The notes under the pieces were generated by a model. It did no database searches, was not told where the DNA came from, and was given only the letters and a program-made list of their open reading frames with translations. Positions 18,767 through 27,742 of a DNA stretch of 64,000 nt are shown in pieces. The stretch is taken from the NCBI GenBank assembly GCA_964570585.1, contig CAZMYR010000002.1, positions 7,313 through 71,312 of the forward strand. Reading direction: 5' to 3'. Position numbers and translations under genes: made by a program. Every line of letters begins with the position of its first letter. Within the stretch, counting starts at the first letter, position 1. The stretch comes from an uncultured Planctomycetia bacterium. GTDB lineage: Bacteria; Omnitrophota; Gorgyraeia; JABMRG01; JAFGKX01.

Positions 18767-20590
18767 ATGAATAAGCTATCCAAAGAAACTACCATATGTT
18801 ATCTTCTCTTAATCTTGATAATATTTTTCCATGGAGCGACGAATTGTATCTGGCTTAAAGGAAATATGCTGGCACCATTTTGGGATGAGTCAAGACATCT
18901 TACAATTGCCCTTAGATACATCCGGTCTTTTCCGGATATATTTGTCTATAAAGAAAACTTTCCGATAAGTGAAAATGCAAATCATTATTCTGCCGTTTAT
19001 TCGCCTTTTTTCTATTTATCAACGACTCTTTTTAGTCTTGTTTGGGGAAATTCGCGGTTCTCACTCACTCTAACCAATCTGTTTTATATGGTAATTCTTT
19101 TATTTTCAACTTTTAAGATTGGGGAAAAATTATTCGATAAAAAGGTAGGATTGCTTTCTGCCTTTATTCTGTCCTTCTATCCTATTATTTTTGGGACTTC
19201 ACGGATGTTTCTGTTAGATTACGCGTTAACCTCCATGGTTGCCTTGAGCATCTATCTTCTTATTCAGACAAATTTTTTTAGAGACACAAAATTCGTTATT
19301 TTTTTTAGCTTGAGCGTAGCAACAGGAACTTTAATTAAAATATATTTTTTATTCTTCCTGATAGGTCCTTTGATGTATATATGTTTTAAGAATATAAAAG
19401 AGAAAAGTTTTCTGAATTCAAAAATTAACTATATGATATTTTTTGTAATAGGAATAATTTTGCCATTACTGTGGTATAGAGTAAATAGCACGCCTATTGT
19501 AGCTCGCTTTTCTCAATTAATAGATGCGCTTGAATATGTGTACACACACTATAAATCTATTTTTCTTATTATAGTCTTTTTGCCAATTTTGCTTATAGTA
19601 ATAAAATTATTCTTTAGGAAGCTGTTCAGTAAGTTTTTCAATGTTAAAGTTTTTTTAGGGATGTTTTTTTCTTTTCTTATTTTAACATTTATACTATATA
19701 TAGTAGATAGTCAAAAAACAACAACAATGAATATTTTGCCATTAGTTATATACTTCAGGCATTTTTTAAAAGAGCAGGCCGGTATATTTTTAGGGTTAAT
19801 CTTTATTTGCTCTGTTTATTATTTTCTTTTTAAAAAAGGGCCCCATGACAACCGGACTCTTCTTGCGGGATGGATTGTAATCCCTTATATGCTGTTTTCT
19901 CTTATCCGTTTTCTTTTCTGGGATGATATGAGATATACTATGCCTTATTTACCAGCTGTAGCTATTATTTCTGCATGCTGGGTAATAGAAAATAGACGTT
20001 TATTTTGGATTAAGATTTTTTCTTGTTTGCTTATAGCCTTAGGCGTTTTTTATTTTTTTATTCTATCCTTTGGCACTATTTTTTATACTGCCGAAAGCAA
20101 TCAACCTATTGTTTATTATAGCCAAATCGATAAAGCAAACACGCTACAGAGAATATTCTTACCTCATATAGCATCATTCTGGCTTATTCATCCTATGGAT
20201 AAAAGTAATTGGCAAATAAAAGAGGTTTTAGAATGGATAGCCAAAGATGCCAAAAAAAAAGGGGCAACTATAGGCCTGCTTGTAGATACTGATTGTATAA
20301 ATAATGAGACTTTTACATACTATACCTATGCTAACAGATTTCCTTTCAAGATTGTAAGGTGCGTGGATGAGATTAGAGAAGAACATTTTAATTTAGATTA
20401 TTTAATAACAGTGTCAAACCCAATATCATGGTATTGGTTTGAACGAAAGCAAAATGCGCTAACCCAACGAAAGCAAAATGTGCTAACCCTGACTAAATTA
20501 TTAAGGGATAAATATAAAAATAAATATAAACGAATTAAAGAATTTAAAGTGCCGAGCAATACTGTCTATATTTTTAAGATAAAGCAATAA
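18767..20590 (+). CDS. GT-C superfamily membrane glycosyltransferase (ArnT/PMT-like, ~12 TM + C-terminal periplasmic domain)
   Basis: 607 aa. Many TM helices. WDESRH acidic motif in the first loop. Soluble C-terminal ~150 aa. Confidence 0.55.
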   Translation: MNKLSKETTICYLLLILIIFFHGATNCIWLKGNMLAPFWDESRHLTIALRYIRSFPDIFVYKENFPISENANHYSAVYSPFFYLSTTLFSLVWGNSRFSLTLTNLFYMVILLFSTFKIGEKLFDKKVGLLSAFILSFYPIIFGTSRMFLLDYALTSMVALSIYLLIQTNFFRDTKFVIFFSLSVATGTLIKIYFLFFLIGPLMYICFKNIKEKSFLNSKINYMIFFVIGIILPLLWYRVNSTPIVARFSQLIDALEYVYTHYKSIFLIIVFLPILLIVIKLFFRKLFSKFFNVKVFLGMFFSFLILTFILYIVDSQKTTTMNILPLVIYFRHFLKEQAGIFLGLIFICSVYYFLFKKGPHDNRTLLAGWIVIPYMLFSLIRFLFWDDMRYTMPYLPAVAIISACWVIENRRLFWIKIFSCLLIALGVFYFFILSFGTIFYTAESNQPIVYYSQIDKANTLQRIFLPHIASFWLIHPMDKSNWQIKEVLEWIAKDAKKKGATIGLLVDTDCINNETFTYYTYANRFPFKIVRCVDEIREEHFNLDYLITVSNPISWYWFERKQNALTQRKQNVLTLTKLLRDKYKNKYKRIKEFKVPSNTVYIFKIKQ

Positions 20591-20797
20591 TTATTTATAT
20601 CGAGATAAAAATCGAATGCAGATTTCCAACCCACAGCCACCAAACGGGAACTAGCTATTGTTATAGCAGGGGAAAAATGCGTTGATCCTGAAAAAAGTAA
20701 GATTTTATGGTATATTGTGTAGTACCCGATAATAGAGGTTGATTTAGGTAAAGAAGGATTAAATACGCTGAAGTCTCTTGGATATACAAGAAAATCG

Positions 20798-20933
20798 CCT
20801 TCCCTGTAGAAATCCACCCTTCGAAATTGCAAAGCAATTTCAAAGGACTAGTCCTATAAAAATGCGAAGCATTTTTGTAGGGAAGGATTTAAGTAGGACT
20901 AGCCCTGCTTAATTGCTTCGCGATTACGCAGGG
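20798..20933. repeat. Repeat element copy A (expanded/degenerate). Contains palindromes AGGACTAGTCCT (20844-20855) and AGGACTAGCCCT (20895-20906)
   Basis: Its core GGACTAGCCCTGCTTAATTGCTTCGCGATT is the reverse complement (2 mismatches) of 50850-50879. Confidence 0.6.
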
Positions 20934-21004
20934 CGGCGATAACTCTGATCCCCTAACGGGGAGGGTTCCCACTGCGCGATTTTCAGCGCCTTCGGCATGA
21001 TTTT

Positions 21005-21057
21005 CCCCTCGCATTCGCTCGGGATCCCTCATCGAGGGGTCCCGAGTATGCCGAGGG
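21005..21057. repeat. Long GC-rich imperfect palindrome (nested hairpins) ~25 bp upstream of wzm
   Basis: cccctcgcattcgctcGGGATCCCTCatcGAGGGGTCCCgagtatgccgaggg. Confidence 0.5.
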
Positions 21058-21082
21058 AGAAATTCCATACCATAAATTAAAA

Positions 21083-21841
21083 ATGAATAAAATAAAAAGG
21101 ATATTAGGATTAAGCCTGGCAATAGCAAAGGCAGAGTTTAAGCTCAAGAACGAAGGCAGCTATTTAGGTATATTTTGGTACTTGTTCAATCCTCTGCTTA
21201 CCTTTCTTTTGCTTTTTGCGGTCTTTTTTGACAGGTTGGGGAAAGATATTCCCAATTATCCTCTTTATCTATTACTTGGCATTGTTATCTTTAACTTTTT
21301 CCAGCAAATAACTACAGAGGCCACAAAAGTTATACGGGAGAATAATTGGATAATAAAGTCCATAAAATTTCCCTATGAAGCCCTGATAGGTTCAATTGTT
21401 TTAAAGACCCTTTTTTCCCACATTTTTGAGATAGTTGTTCTGATTCTTTTTCTCTTTTTTTTCAAAATCCCTACAGCAAACTTTATCTTTTATCCTATAA
21501 TATTATGTTTCCTAAGTATCTTTGTTTTTGGGGCTGCGCTTATTCTTTCTTCCTTAACCGTCTATTTTATTGATTTGAGTAATATCTGGGTGTTTGTTTC
21601 TCGTTTAATTTGGTTAGGGACCCCTATCTTTTATGCCATCGGTGCCCAGAAAAGACTATTTTTCATTAATCTATTTAATCCCATGTATTATTTTATCACC
21701 ATAGCAAGAGAACTCATTATTTATACAAGAGTTCCCAAGTTATGGTTGATATTAGGAGCTATTGGTTATAGTTTGCTATTTTCGCTTGTGGGCTTATCCA
21801 TTTTTAATAAATTAAAAACCAAATTTGCTGAAATGATGTAA
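21083..21841 (+). CDS. wzm: ABC-2 type polysaccharide export permease (Wzm-like)
   Basis: 252 aa, 6 TM. Typical Wzm architecture. Start/stop overlap (ATGtaATG) with the downstream ATPase. Confidence 0.8.
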   Translation: MNKIKRILGLSLAIAKAEFKLKNEGSYLGIFWYLFNPLLTFLLLFAVFFDRLGKDIPNYPLYLLLGIVIFNFFQQITTEATKVIRENNWIIKSIKFPYEALIGSIVLKTLFSHIFEIVVLILFLFFFKIPTANFIFYPIILCFLSIFVFGAALILSSLTVYFIDLSNIWVFVSRLIWLGTPIFYAIGAQKRLFFINLFNPMYYFITIARELIIYTRVPKLWLILGAIGYSLLFSLVGLSIFNKLKTKFAEMM

Positions 21842-22575
21842 TGAAGAGCATAATCGTTGAAGGCGTTTGCAAAGAATTTAGGGTAGGTTTCAGGAAAAAT
21901 CAGCCTACTTTAGCCAGATTCATTTCACTCTTTTCCGGAAGGGAGCCTAAAAGAACCCTTAGGGCACTGGATGAGGTTTTCTTTGAACTTGAAGCAGGTC
22001 GAATTTTGGGCGTTATAGGTGAAAACGGCTCTGGGAAAAGCACATTGTTGAGGATTATTGCCGGGATATACACTAAAGATAAAGGCAGAATAGCCGTTAA
22101 CGGCAATGTAATTGCTTTAATAAATTTATATATTGGGCTAAAGGAAAGATTAGTCATGGAAGATAATATCTATCTGATTGGTTCTTTTCTCGGGTTGAGC
22201 CGGAAGGCACTTAAAGAAAGGTTTGACTCAATTGTTGAATTTTCAGAGCTCAAAGATTTTATTAATACAAAAATATATCAGTTTTCTAATGGGATGAGAC
22301 AGCGGCTTGCCTTCTCAATTGCAGTACATTGTAATCCCGATATTCTTCTGCTTGATGAGGTTTTTGAAGTAGGGGATGAACATTTCAGGCTTAAAAGCGC
22401 AGATAGACTCAAGGAATTGACGAAAAATGGAACCAGCGCTATCTTAGTTAGCCATGAAATGTGGATGGTGGAGAAGTACTGTGATAGAGTGATTTGGCTT
22501 GATAAAGGCAGGGTCATTAAAGAAGGCAAGACAGAAGATGTTATCAGGGAATATAAAAGAGCAGGTTCAAAATGA
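21841..22575 (+). CDS. wzt: ABC transporter ATP-binding protein (Wzt/TagH-like, no C-terminal CBM)
   Basis: Walker A GENGSGKST. Signature FSNGMRQRLAFS. Walker B ILLLDE. Confidence 0.85.
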   Translation: MKSIIVEGVCKEFRVGFRKNQPTLARFISLFSGREPKRTLRALDEVFFELEAGRILGVIGENGSGKSTLLRIIAGIYTKDKGRIAVNGNVIALINLYIGLKERLVMEDNIYLIGSFLGLSRKALKERFDSIVEFSELKDFINTKIYQFSNGMRQRLAFSIAVHCNPDILLLDEVFEVGDEHFRLKSADRLKELTKNGTSAILVSHEMWMVEKYCDRVIWLDKGRVIKEGKTEDVIREYKRAGSK

Positions 22576-23979
22576 AAGAGTCGAGCGAAAACGAATCCGA
22601 AGTACCATCCGCTGTAAATGAACTACTAATCTATAAAATATAGATAAAGACGCCAACCATTTCAGGGGAATATTTAACGGAATGAATTTACAATTTATTA
22701 AAAAACCAAGAATATCATGACACAATTGTATTTCCTCTTTTGTAAAATTAGGATAGCTGATAACTGCCTTTACTCTTTCAGTATAAAATTTTTCATCTGG
22801 CAACCAATTATTCTCCTCACAAATTCTCGCTAACGGGGTACCTGGATAGGGGGTAAAAATTTCCGAAGAATGGCCTGCTTTTAAAGGCAATTTTCGACAT
22901 AATTTCACTGTATCTAAAAACAGCTCTTTATTCTCAAAAGGAAGCCCTACCATTACCTGGGCATAACAGGATATGCCATGATTGGCGCATAAGTTGAAAC
23001 TATCTATTATTTGTTTATCGGTTATCTTTCTTTTTAAAATAGTCTTTCTAAATCTTTCATTGCCGTGTTCTACCCCCATTATTACCCATACAGTTCCTGC
23101 TGCTTCTTTTAATAAACTCACCATATCTGAATCTATCGTTCCAGGCCGCAAATTGCATTTAAGTGGATATCTAATCTTCTTTTTGTACAGTGTAAAAAAT
23201 TCATAGAACCATTTTCTGTTGAGAGATATTGTATCGTCATCCAATCTGATATACCCAGATTTGTGTTTCTTTATAGCCGCTATATTCAATTCAATCTCTT
23301 CAATGGCCTTTTGGGGAGAGCGTTGCCTAAAATAAGAACCTTGGTTTAGATATAAATCGTTTAATGCTTTACTTGAACAATACGAACATTCAAATGTACA
23401 ACCTCTGCTAAATATAAAACCATTTATACAATCAACAGCATCAACTGCTTTCTGGTTATCCAGGCACGTTTTGTCAGGGAATGGTAGCTCATCAAGATTT
23501 TTAATAAGGGGCCTAAGAGTATTTCTAACAATTTTATTTTTTTCTTTAAACCAGAAATTCTTGATTTTAGAGTAGCCCCTTTTATTCTTAAACGCCTCTG
23601 CAAGTTCCAACATGGCAAACTCGCCTTCCCCCCGAACTATGGCGTCTAATGCGGAGATTTCAGAAATACACTCCGGTTTAAAAGTAGGATGCTTTCCTCC
23701 GCAGACTACGAAACTGTGGGAAATTTCTTTTATCGCTTTTATAATTTCCTTTAGATAATTGAACTGATTGGTTGTTATAGCAAATCCAATTATATCCGGT
23801 TGTTGTATTTTTACCTTTTCATATAATGAGAGAATATCTTTTCTGTTCTTAAGCGGGATGTAGTCAACCGAATAATGGGCTTGTTTTAAAACAGCGTATA
23901 TATAACCTAAGCCGTAGCTATATATCCGTCCTCTCCACTCGGGAAGATTTATTGCAGGATATATCAAAAATATTTTCAT
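22567..23979 (-). CDS. Cobalamin-binding (class B) radical SAM enzyme
   Basis: N-terminal B12-binding-like domain (IIGFAITT..VVCGGKHPT). CTFECSYC (CxxxCxxC). Confidence 0.8.
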   Translation of the reverse strand: MKIFLIYPAINLPEWRGRIYSYGLGYIYAVLKQAHYSVDYIPLKNRKDILSLYEKVKIQQPDIIGFAITTNQFNYLKEIIKAIKEISHSFVVCGGKHPTFKPECISEISALDAIVRGEGEFAMLELAEAFKNKRGYSKIKNFWFKEKNKIVRNTLRPLIKNLDELPFPDKTCLDNQKAVDAVDCINGFIFSRGCTFECSYCSSKALNDLYLNQGSYFRQRSPQKAIEEIELNIAAIKKHKSGYIRLDDDTISLNRKWFYEFFTLYKKKIRYPLKCNLRPGTIDSDMVSLLKEAAGTVWVIMGVEHGNERFRKTILKRKITDKQIIDSFNLCANHGISCYAQVMVGLPFENKELFLDTVKLCRKLPLKAGHSSEIFTPYPGTPLARICEENNWLPDEKFYTERVKAVISYPNFTKEEIQLCHDILGFLINCKFIPLNIPLKWLASLSIFYRLVVHLQRMVLRIRFRSTLSF

Positions 23980-25078
23980 TTTTTAAATTTTTTACAAAAG
24001 CTTCAAACCCTTTAGATGCTTTCATTATTTTTAAGTCTACTAACTGATTGCTATTTTTGAACTGCACTGAACCCGGATAATATGGGTTAATATCTGGATT
24101 TTCAATAATTTGTTCTGCTTGCCCCTTATTCTGCAGGAGCCAGTCTTTTGTCCATCTATTATTCCCATGCTCTCCTATCTTTTTTGCTTGTGCCAGAGCC
24201 CTTGAAAGGAAGTCGGATAGATATCTAAAATGAAATACAGCTCCTTCAATTTCTGATAAATCTGTCCCGAGGACATGGTGCTGCCCTTGACCTAAGAATA
24301 TGCCTGGCTTGAATTTTAAAAGGGGGACCTTATCTAAATTAACTCTAACACTGAAAATACGTTCGCGCATACCCCCAGTCATAATACTGCCCTCCTGCGG
24401 GGATAAATGCCTTAATCTGTAATGAGAATCTTTATCAAAATAAGGGCATCTCAACAGAGGATTCTCTCCCTGTTTATATTCAGCCAACCTTATCGGTTCA
24501 TTCGAATACATATCCAAAAGCATAGAGTATAATGCAGTAGAGCCTTCTTTATCTAAAAAATTACACAAACCCCTGATAGAAACCTTTTCGTAATGGGGAT
24601 AGATGAAAATTTCATCAGCATCTACGACTAAGCACCAATGGCCCCTCCCGTATTTACCCAATAGAACCCTTATCCATTCAACGCCGCAATTATACTTTCC
24701 ATAACTTTCATTTATTTTAAAAACATGAGTGTTTTTTCTGGATAATAAAAAAGATACAGTTCCGTCAGTCGAGCCATTATCAATAACAAAGAATCTGTTG
24801 ACACCCATCCTGGAATAATATTTGAAAATATAGGGCAGACGTAAAGATTCATTCCGGACAACCATAAACAGCCTTATTTCATCAGGGGCATGAGGTACTC
24901 GGACAGAATCAAGCTTACGGAGCTTTATAATTATTCTTATAGTTCTTAGGAGACGATGAAATCCATTCTTAAAAACCCAAGCCTTCCATACAAAATCCTT
25001 CCCAAAAACTAAGAGCCTCCAAAAGAGGTTCTTAGAATATCTTTTTCCTTCTATTTTTTGCCTTAAGTTTTTAAACAT
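23918..25078 (-). CDS. GT-A fold glycosyltransferase (GT2-like; FVIDNGSTDGT, VVDADE)
   Basis: 386 aa. N-terminal 225 aa are near-identical to the 25716..26798 paralog. Conserved leader MFKNLRQKIEGKRYSKNLFW. Confidence 0.6.
   Translation of the reverse strand: MFKNLRQKIEGKRYSKNLFWRLLVFGKDFVWKAWVFKNGFHRLLRTIRIIIKLRKLDSVRVPHAPDEIRLFMVVRNESLRLPYIFKYYSRMGVNRFFVIDNGSTDGTVSFLLSRKNTHVFKINESYGKYNCGVEWIRVLLGKYGRGHWCLVVDADEIFIYPHYEKVSIRGLCNFLDKEGSTALYSMLLDMYSNEPIRLAEYKQGENPLLRCPYFDKDSHYRLRHLSPQEGSIMTGGMRERIFSVRVNLDKVPLLKFKPGIFLGQGQHHVLGTDLSEIEGAVFHFRYLSDFLSRALAQAKKIGEHGNNRWTKDWLLQNKGQAEQIIENPDINPYYPGSVQFKNSNQLVDLKIMKASKGFEAFVKNLKNENIFDISCNKSSRVERTDI
24417..25075. repeat. Segmental duplication copy 1 (~660 bp, near-identical to 26147-26795)
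   Basis: Direct reading of identical DNA (e.g. atctttatcaaaataagggcatctcaacagagg) through to the start codons. Confidence 0.8.
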
Positions 25079-25081
25079 TTT

Positions 25082-25732
25082 TCATTTATTTACAATTATT
25101 GCCTTTTTTCTAATACACCACTGCGTGCTGTTATCCAAATAAATGATTTCGTAATTATGTTTTTTTATAAACTCTTTAACTGCCTTATAAACTCCATGAT
25201 GTATATGCTTTGGATAAGGGAAAAAATCATGTCCGGCAATAAAACCTTCTTCCTTTACTTTATCTTTTAAAATTTCTAATTCTTTTTTACATTGTTCATA
25301 ACTATGGCAGGTATCTAAATAAACCCAGTCGAAATAGCGATTTGGAAATCTTTTTAAAGCAAATAAATCATTATCAATGTGAAAGGCGCATACCTTATTT
25401 TTATCATACTTCTTAACAATTCTCTTCGCTTCCTCAAAGGTTTCTCTGGTTTTAAGTTTCCCGAAATTATCGCAAGGGGTGTTCCACGAAAAATATTCCC
25501 CCCTTACTTTCCACCAGCCATCTATCAAATATAATTTTTTCGGTTGAATAACTTTTAGAATATATTTTGAGAACTCCCCTTTAAAAACTCCTATTTCAGC
25601 ACCAATTGAATTCTTTGGTAAAATTTTAAGGAATTTTGCCCTTCCTTTACCGCTTGGTTTTTTAAGCAAAGAATACAAAAATTTCCAGATAAAATTTAAT
25701 TTTTGTCTTAAGTTCTTAAACATTTTTTGCAT
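25082..25732 (-). CDS. Class I SAM-dependent methyltransferase (TylF/FkbM-like, putative sugar O-methyltransferase)
   Basis: GAEIGVFKGEFS glycine-rich SAM motif. Its N-terminus MQKMFKNLRQKL shares the leader of the neighbouring GT genes. Confidence 0.55.
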   Translation of the reverse strand: MQKMFKNLRQKLNFIWKFLYSLLKKPSGKGRAKFLKILPKNSIGAEIGVFKGEFSKYILKVIQPKKLYLIDGWWKVRGEYFSWNTPCDNFGKLKTRETFEEAKRIVKKYDKNKVCAFHIDNDLFALKRFPNRYFDWVYLDTCHSYEQCKKELEILKDKVKEEGFIAGHDFFPYPKHIHHGVYKAVKEFIKKHNYEIIYLDNSTQWCIRKKAIIVNK

Positions 25733-26798
25733 TTTTCACAAACAATTCAAACCCATCAGATGTTTTCATTATTTTTAAATCCACTAATTGATTGCTACTT
25801 TCGAATTTTATTGAATTTTGGTAATATAGATTAATACCGGGGTTTTCGGTTATTCTTTTTGCATATTCTTTATATTCTATGGCCCCCTCCCAATGTTCTT
25901 CTCTTTTTAGTTCTTCTAGAACTCGTGGGATGAAGTCAGATGCATATTTAAAATGAAATACAACTCCTTCGATTTTTGATAAGTCTACCCCAGGAGTATA
26001 GTGCTGACCTACCGTCAAAGAAATTCGAGGGGTAAATTTTAAAAGAGGAACTTTACTTAAAGAAGACGTAGTAACACCAAAGACGCGTTTGCGCATACCA
26101 CCCACGCAGCCATATCTCGGTATTGGACCCCCAGCCCGGTAATGGGTATCTTTATCAAAATAAGGGCATCTCAACAGAGGATTCTCTCCCTGTTTATATT
26201 CAGCCAACCTTATCGGTTCATTCGAATACATATCCAAAAGCATAGAGTATAATGCAGTAGAGCCTTCTTTATCTAAAAAATTACACAAACCCCTGATAGA
26301 AACCTTTTCGTAATGGGGATAGATGAAAATTTCATCAGCATCTACGACTAAGCACCAATGGCCCCTCCCGTATTTACCCAATAGAACCCTTATCCATTCA
26401 ACGCCGCAATTATACTTTCCATAACTTTCATTTATTTTAAAAACATGAGTGTTTTTTCTGGATAATAAAAAAGATACAGTTCCGTCAGTCGAGCCATTAT
26501 CAATAACAAAGAATCTGTTGACACCCATCCTGGAATAATATTTGAAAATATAGGGCAGACGTAAAGATTCATTCCGGACAACCATAAACAGCCTTATTTC
26601 ATCAGGGGCATGAGGTACTCGGACAGAATCAAGCTTACGGAGCTTTATAATTATTCTTATAGTTCTTAGGAGACGATGAAATCCATTCTTAAAAACCCAA
26701 GCCTTCCATACAAAATCCTTCCCAAAAACTAAGAGCCTCCAAAAGAGGTTCTTAGAATATCTTTTTCCTTCTATTTTTTGCCTTAAGTTTTTTGGCAT
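25716..26798 (-). CDS. GT-A fold glycosyltransferase, paralog of 23918..25078 with divergent C-terminal ~130 aa
   Basis: MPKNLRQKIEGKRYSKNLFW... Identical through ...CPYFDKD, then diverges. Confidence 0.6.
   Translation of the reverse strand: MPKNLRQKIEGKRYSKNLFWRLLVFGKDFVWKAWVFKNGFHRLLRTIRIIIKLRKLDSVRVPHAPDEIRLFMVVRNESLRLPYIFKYYSRMGVNRFFVIDNGSTDGTVSFLLSRKNTHVFKINESYGKYNCGVEWIRVLLGKYGRGHWCLVVDADEIFIYPHYEKVSIRGLCNFLDKEGSTALYSMLLDMYSNEPIRLAEYKQGENPLLRCPYFDKDTHYRAGGPIPRYGCVGGMRKRVFGVTTSSLSKVPLLKFTPRISLTVGQHYTPGVDLSKIEGVVFHFKYASDFIPRVLEELKREEHWEGAIEYKEYAKRITENPGINLYYQNSIKFESSNQLVDLKIMKTSDGFELFVKNAKNV
26147..26795. repeat. Segmental duplication copy 2 (partner of 24417-25075)
   Basis: See copy 1. 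Confidence 0.8.
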
Positions 26799-26830
26799 TT
26801 TATTTAGGTATTCCCATCAAAAATAAGCTT

Positions 26831-27742
26831 TTATGCCACTTCTTTACAATTATTCTTTGCTATATTAAATCTTCTGATAGCTTCTGATATAGAATTATAC
26901 TGCCTCCACCAACCCATTTTTCTATTTATTTCACTTTGCCGTGTTTGATATAATTCATATCGTTTGAGAACATAGTTCAAGTCAATGTACTTATAGTGCA
27001 ATAATTTTAATTCCCCAGAACTGTCAACAACTATTTTTCCTACTGGATTGGCACGATGGCATCCGTACTGGTAGTTTATTTTATAAATTGCATTTGGATT
27101 AAATATACAAGGTTTACAATAGTTCTTGTTGAATATACCTAACTTTATTTCGTCATAGACCATACCAGGGAATGTTGGCAATGTTTCTGAGAACATATCA
27201 AAACCTAAAGGGATGGGAACAGTAATCCCTTTTTTTTTACACACCCTTAAATATTCAATTAAATTTTTATGCCATAAAATTTCATCTATATCGACAACAG
27301 CAACCCAATCAGCTAAACCTCTACTTTTTTCCCATTCATTATTTTTAATTCGAAGACAAATATCTTCTCTAATTTTACCGGCAGTATCAAATTGTATTAA
27401 TTTCGTCTTTGGGAAATTTTTAATTATAGCTACAGAATTATCATCGGACATGTTGTCATATATAAAAATTTTGTCTGCTATATTAGAATAGTGCCTTAAG
27501 AAATATGGTAATAGTATCTCTTCGTTCCAGCAAACTGCATAAACATGAATTATTAACTGTGCAGAAAAACATCTTCGAGCTCGCCAGAAACTTCCTCTAA
27601 GTGAAAAATCGGCACGTTGCATCAGAGATTGTCCTATGCGATGGATAATCCAAAGCAAATCTTTCCAGAAAACTAAACTCTGCCAAAAAAAATTCTTTGA
27701 ATTCCTTTTTTCTTCTATTTTATTTCTTAGTTTTTTAAACAT
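26831..27742 (-). CDS. GT-A fold glycosyltransferase, distant paralog of the two above (same leader, DxD = DID)
   Basis: MFKKLRNKIEEKRNSKNFFW. HVYAVCWNEEILLPYFLRHY parallels RLFMVVRNESLRLPYIFKYY. Confidence 0.5.
   Translation of the reverse strand: MFKKLRNKIEEKRNSKNFFWQSLVFWKDLLWIIHRIGQSLMQRADFSLRGSFWRARRCFSAQLIIHVYAVCWNEEILLPYFLRHYSNIADKIFIYDNMSDDNSVAIIKNFPKTKLIQFDTAGKIREDICLRIKNNEWEKSRGLADWVAVVDIDEILWHKNLIEYLRVCKKKGITVPIPLGFDMFSETLPTFPGMVYDEIKLGIFNKNYCKPCIFNPNAIYKINYQYGCHRANPVGKIVVDSSGELKLLHYKYIDLNYVLKRYELYQTRQSEINRKMGWWRQYNSISEAIRRFNIAKNNCKEVA

Noticed and set aside
20889-21128. 79-aa minus-strand ORF overlapping the palindromic repeat upstream of wzm
   Set aside because: Its translation is low-complexity (RDPSMRDPERMRGENHAEGAENR...). 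It is generated by GC-rich hairpin DNA and overlaps the wzm start. It is more plausibly a non-coding structured element.
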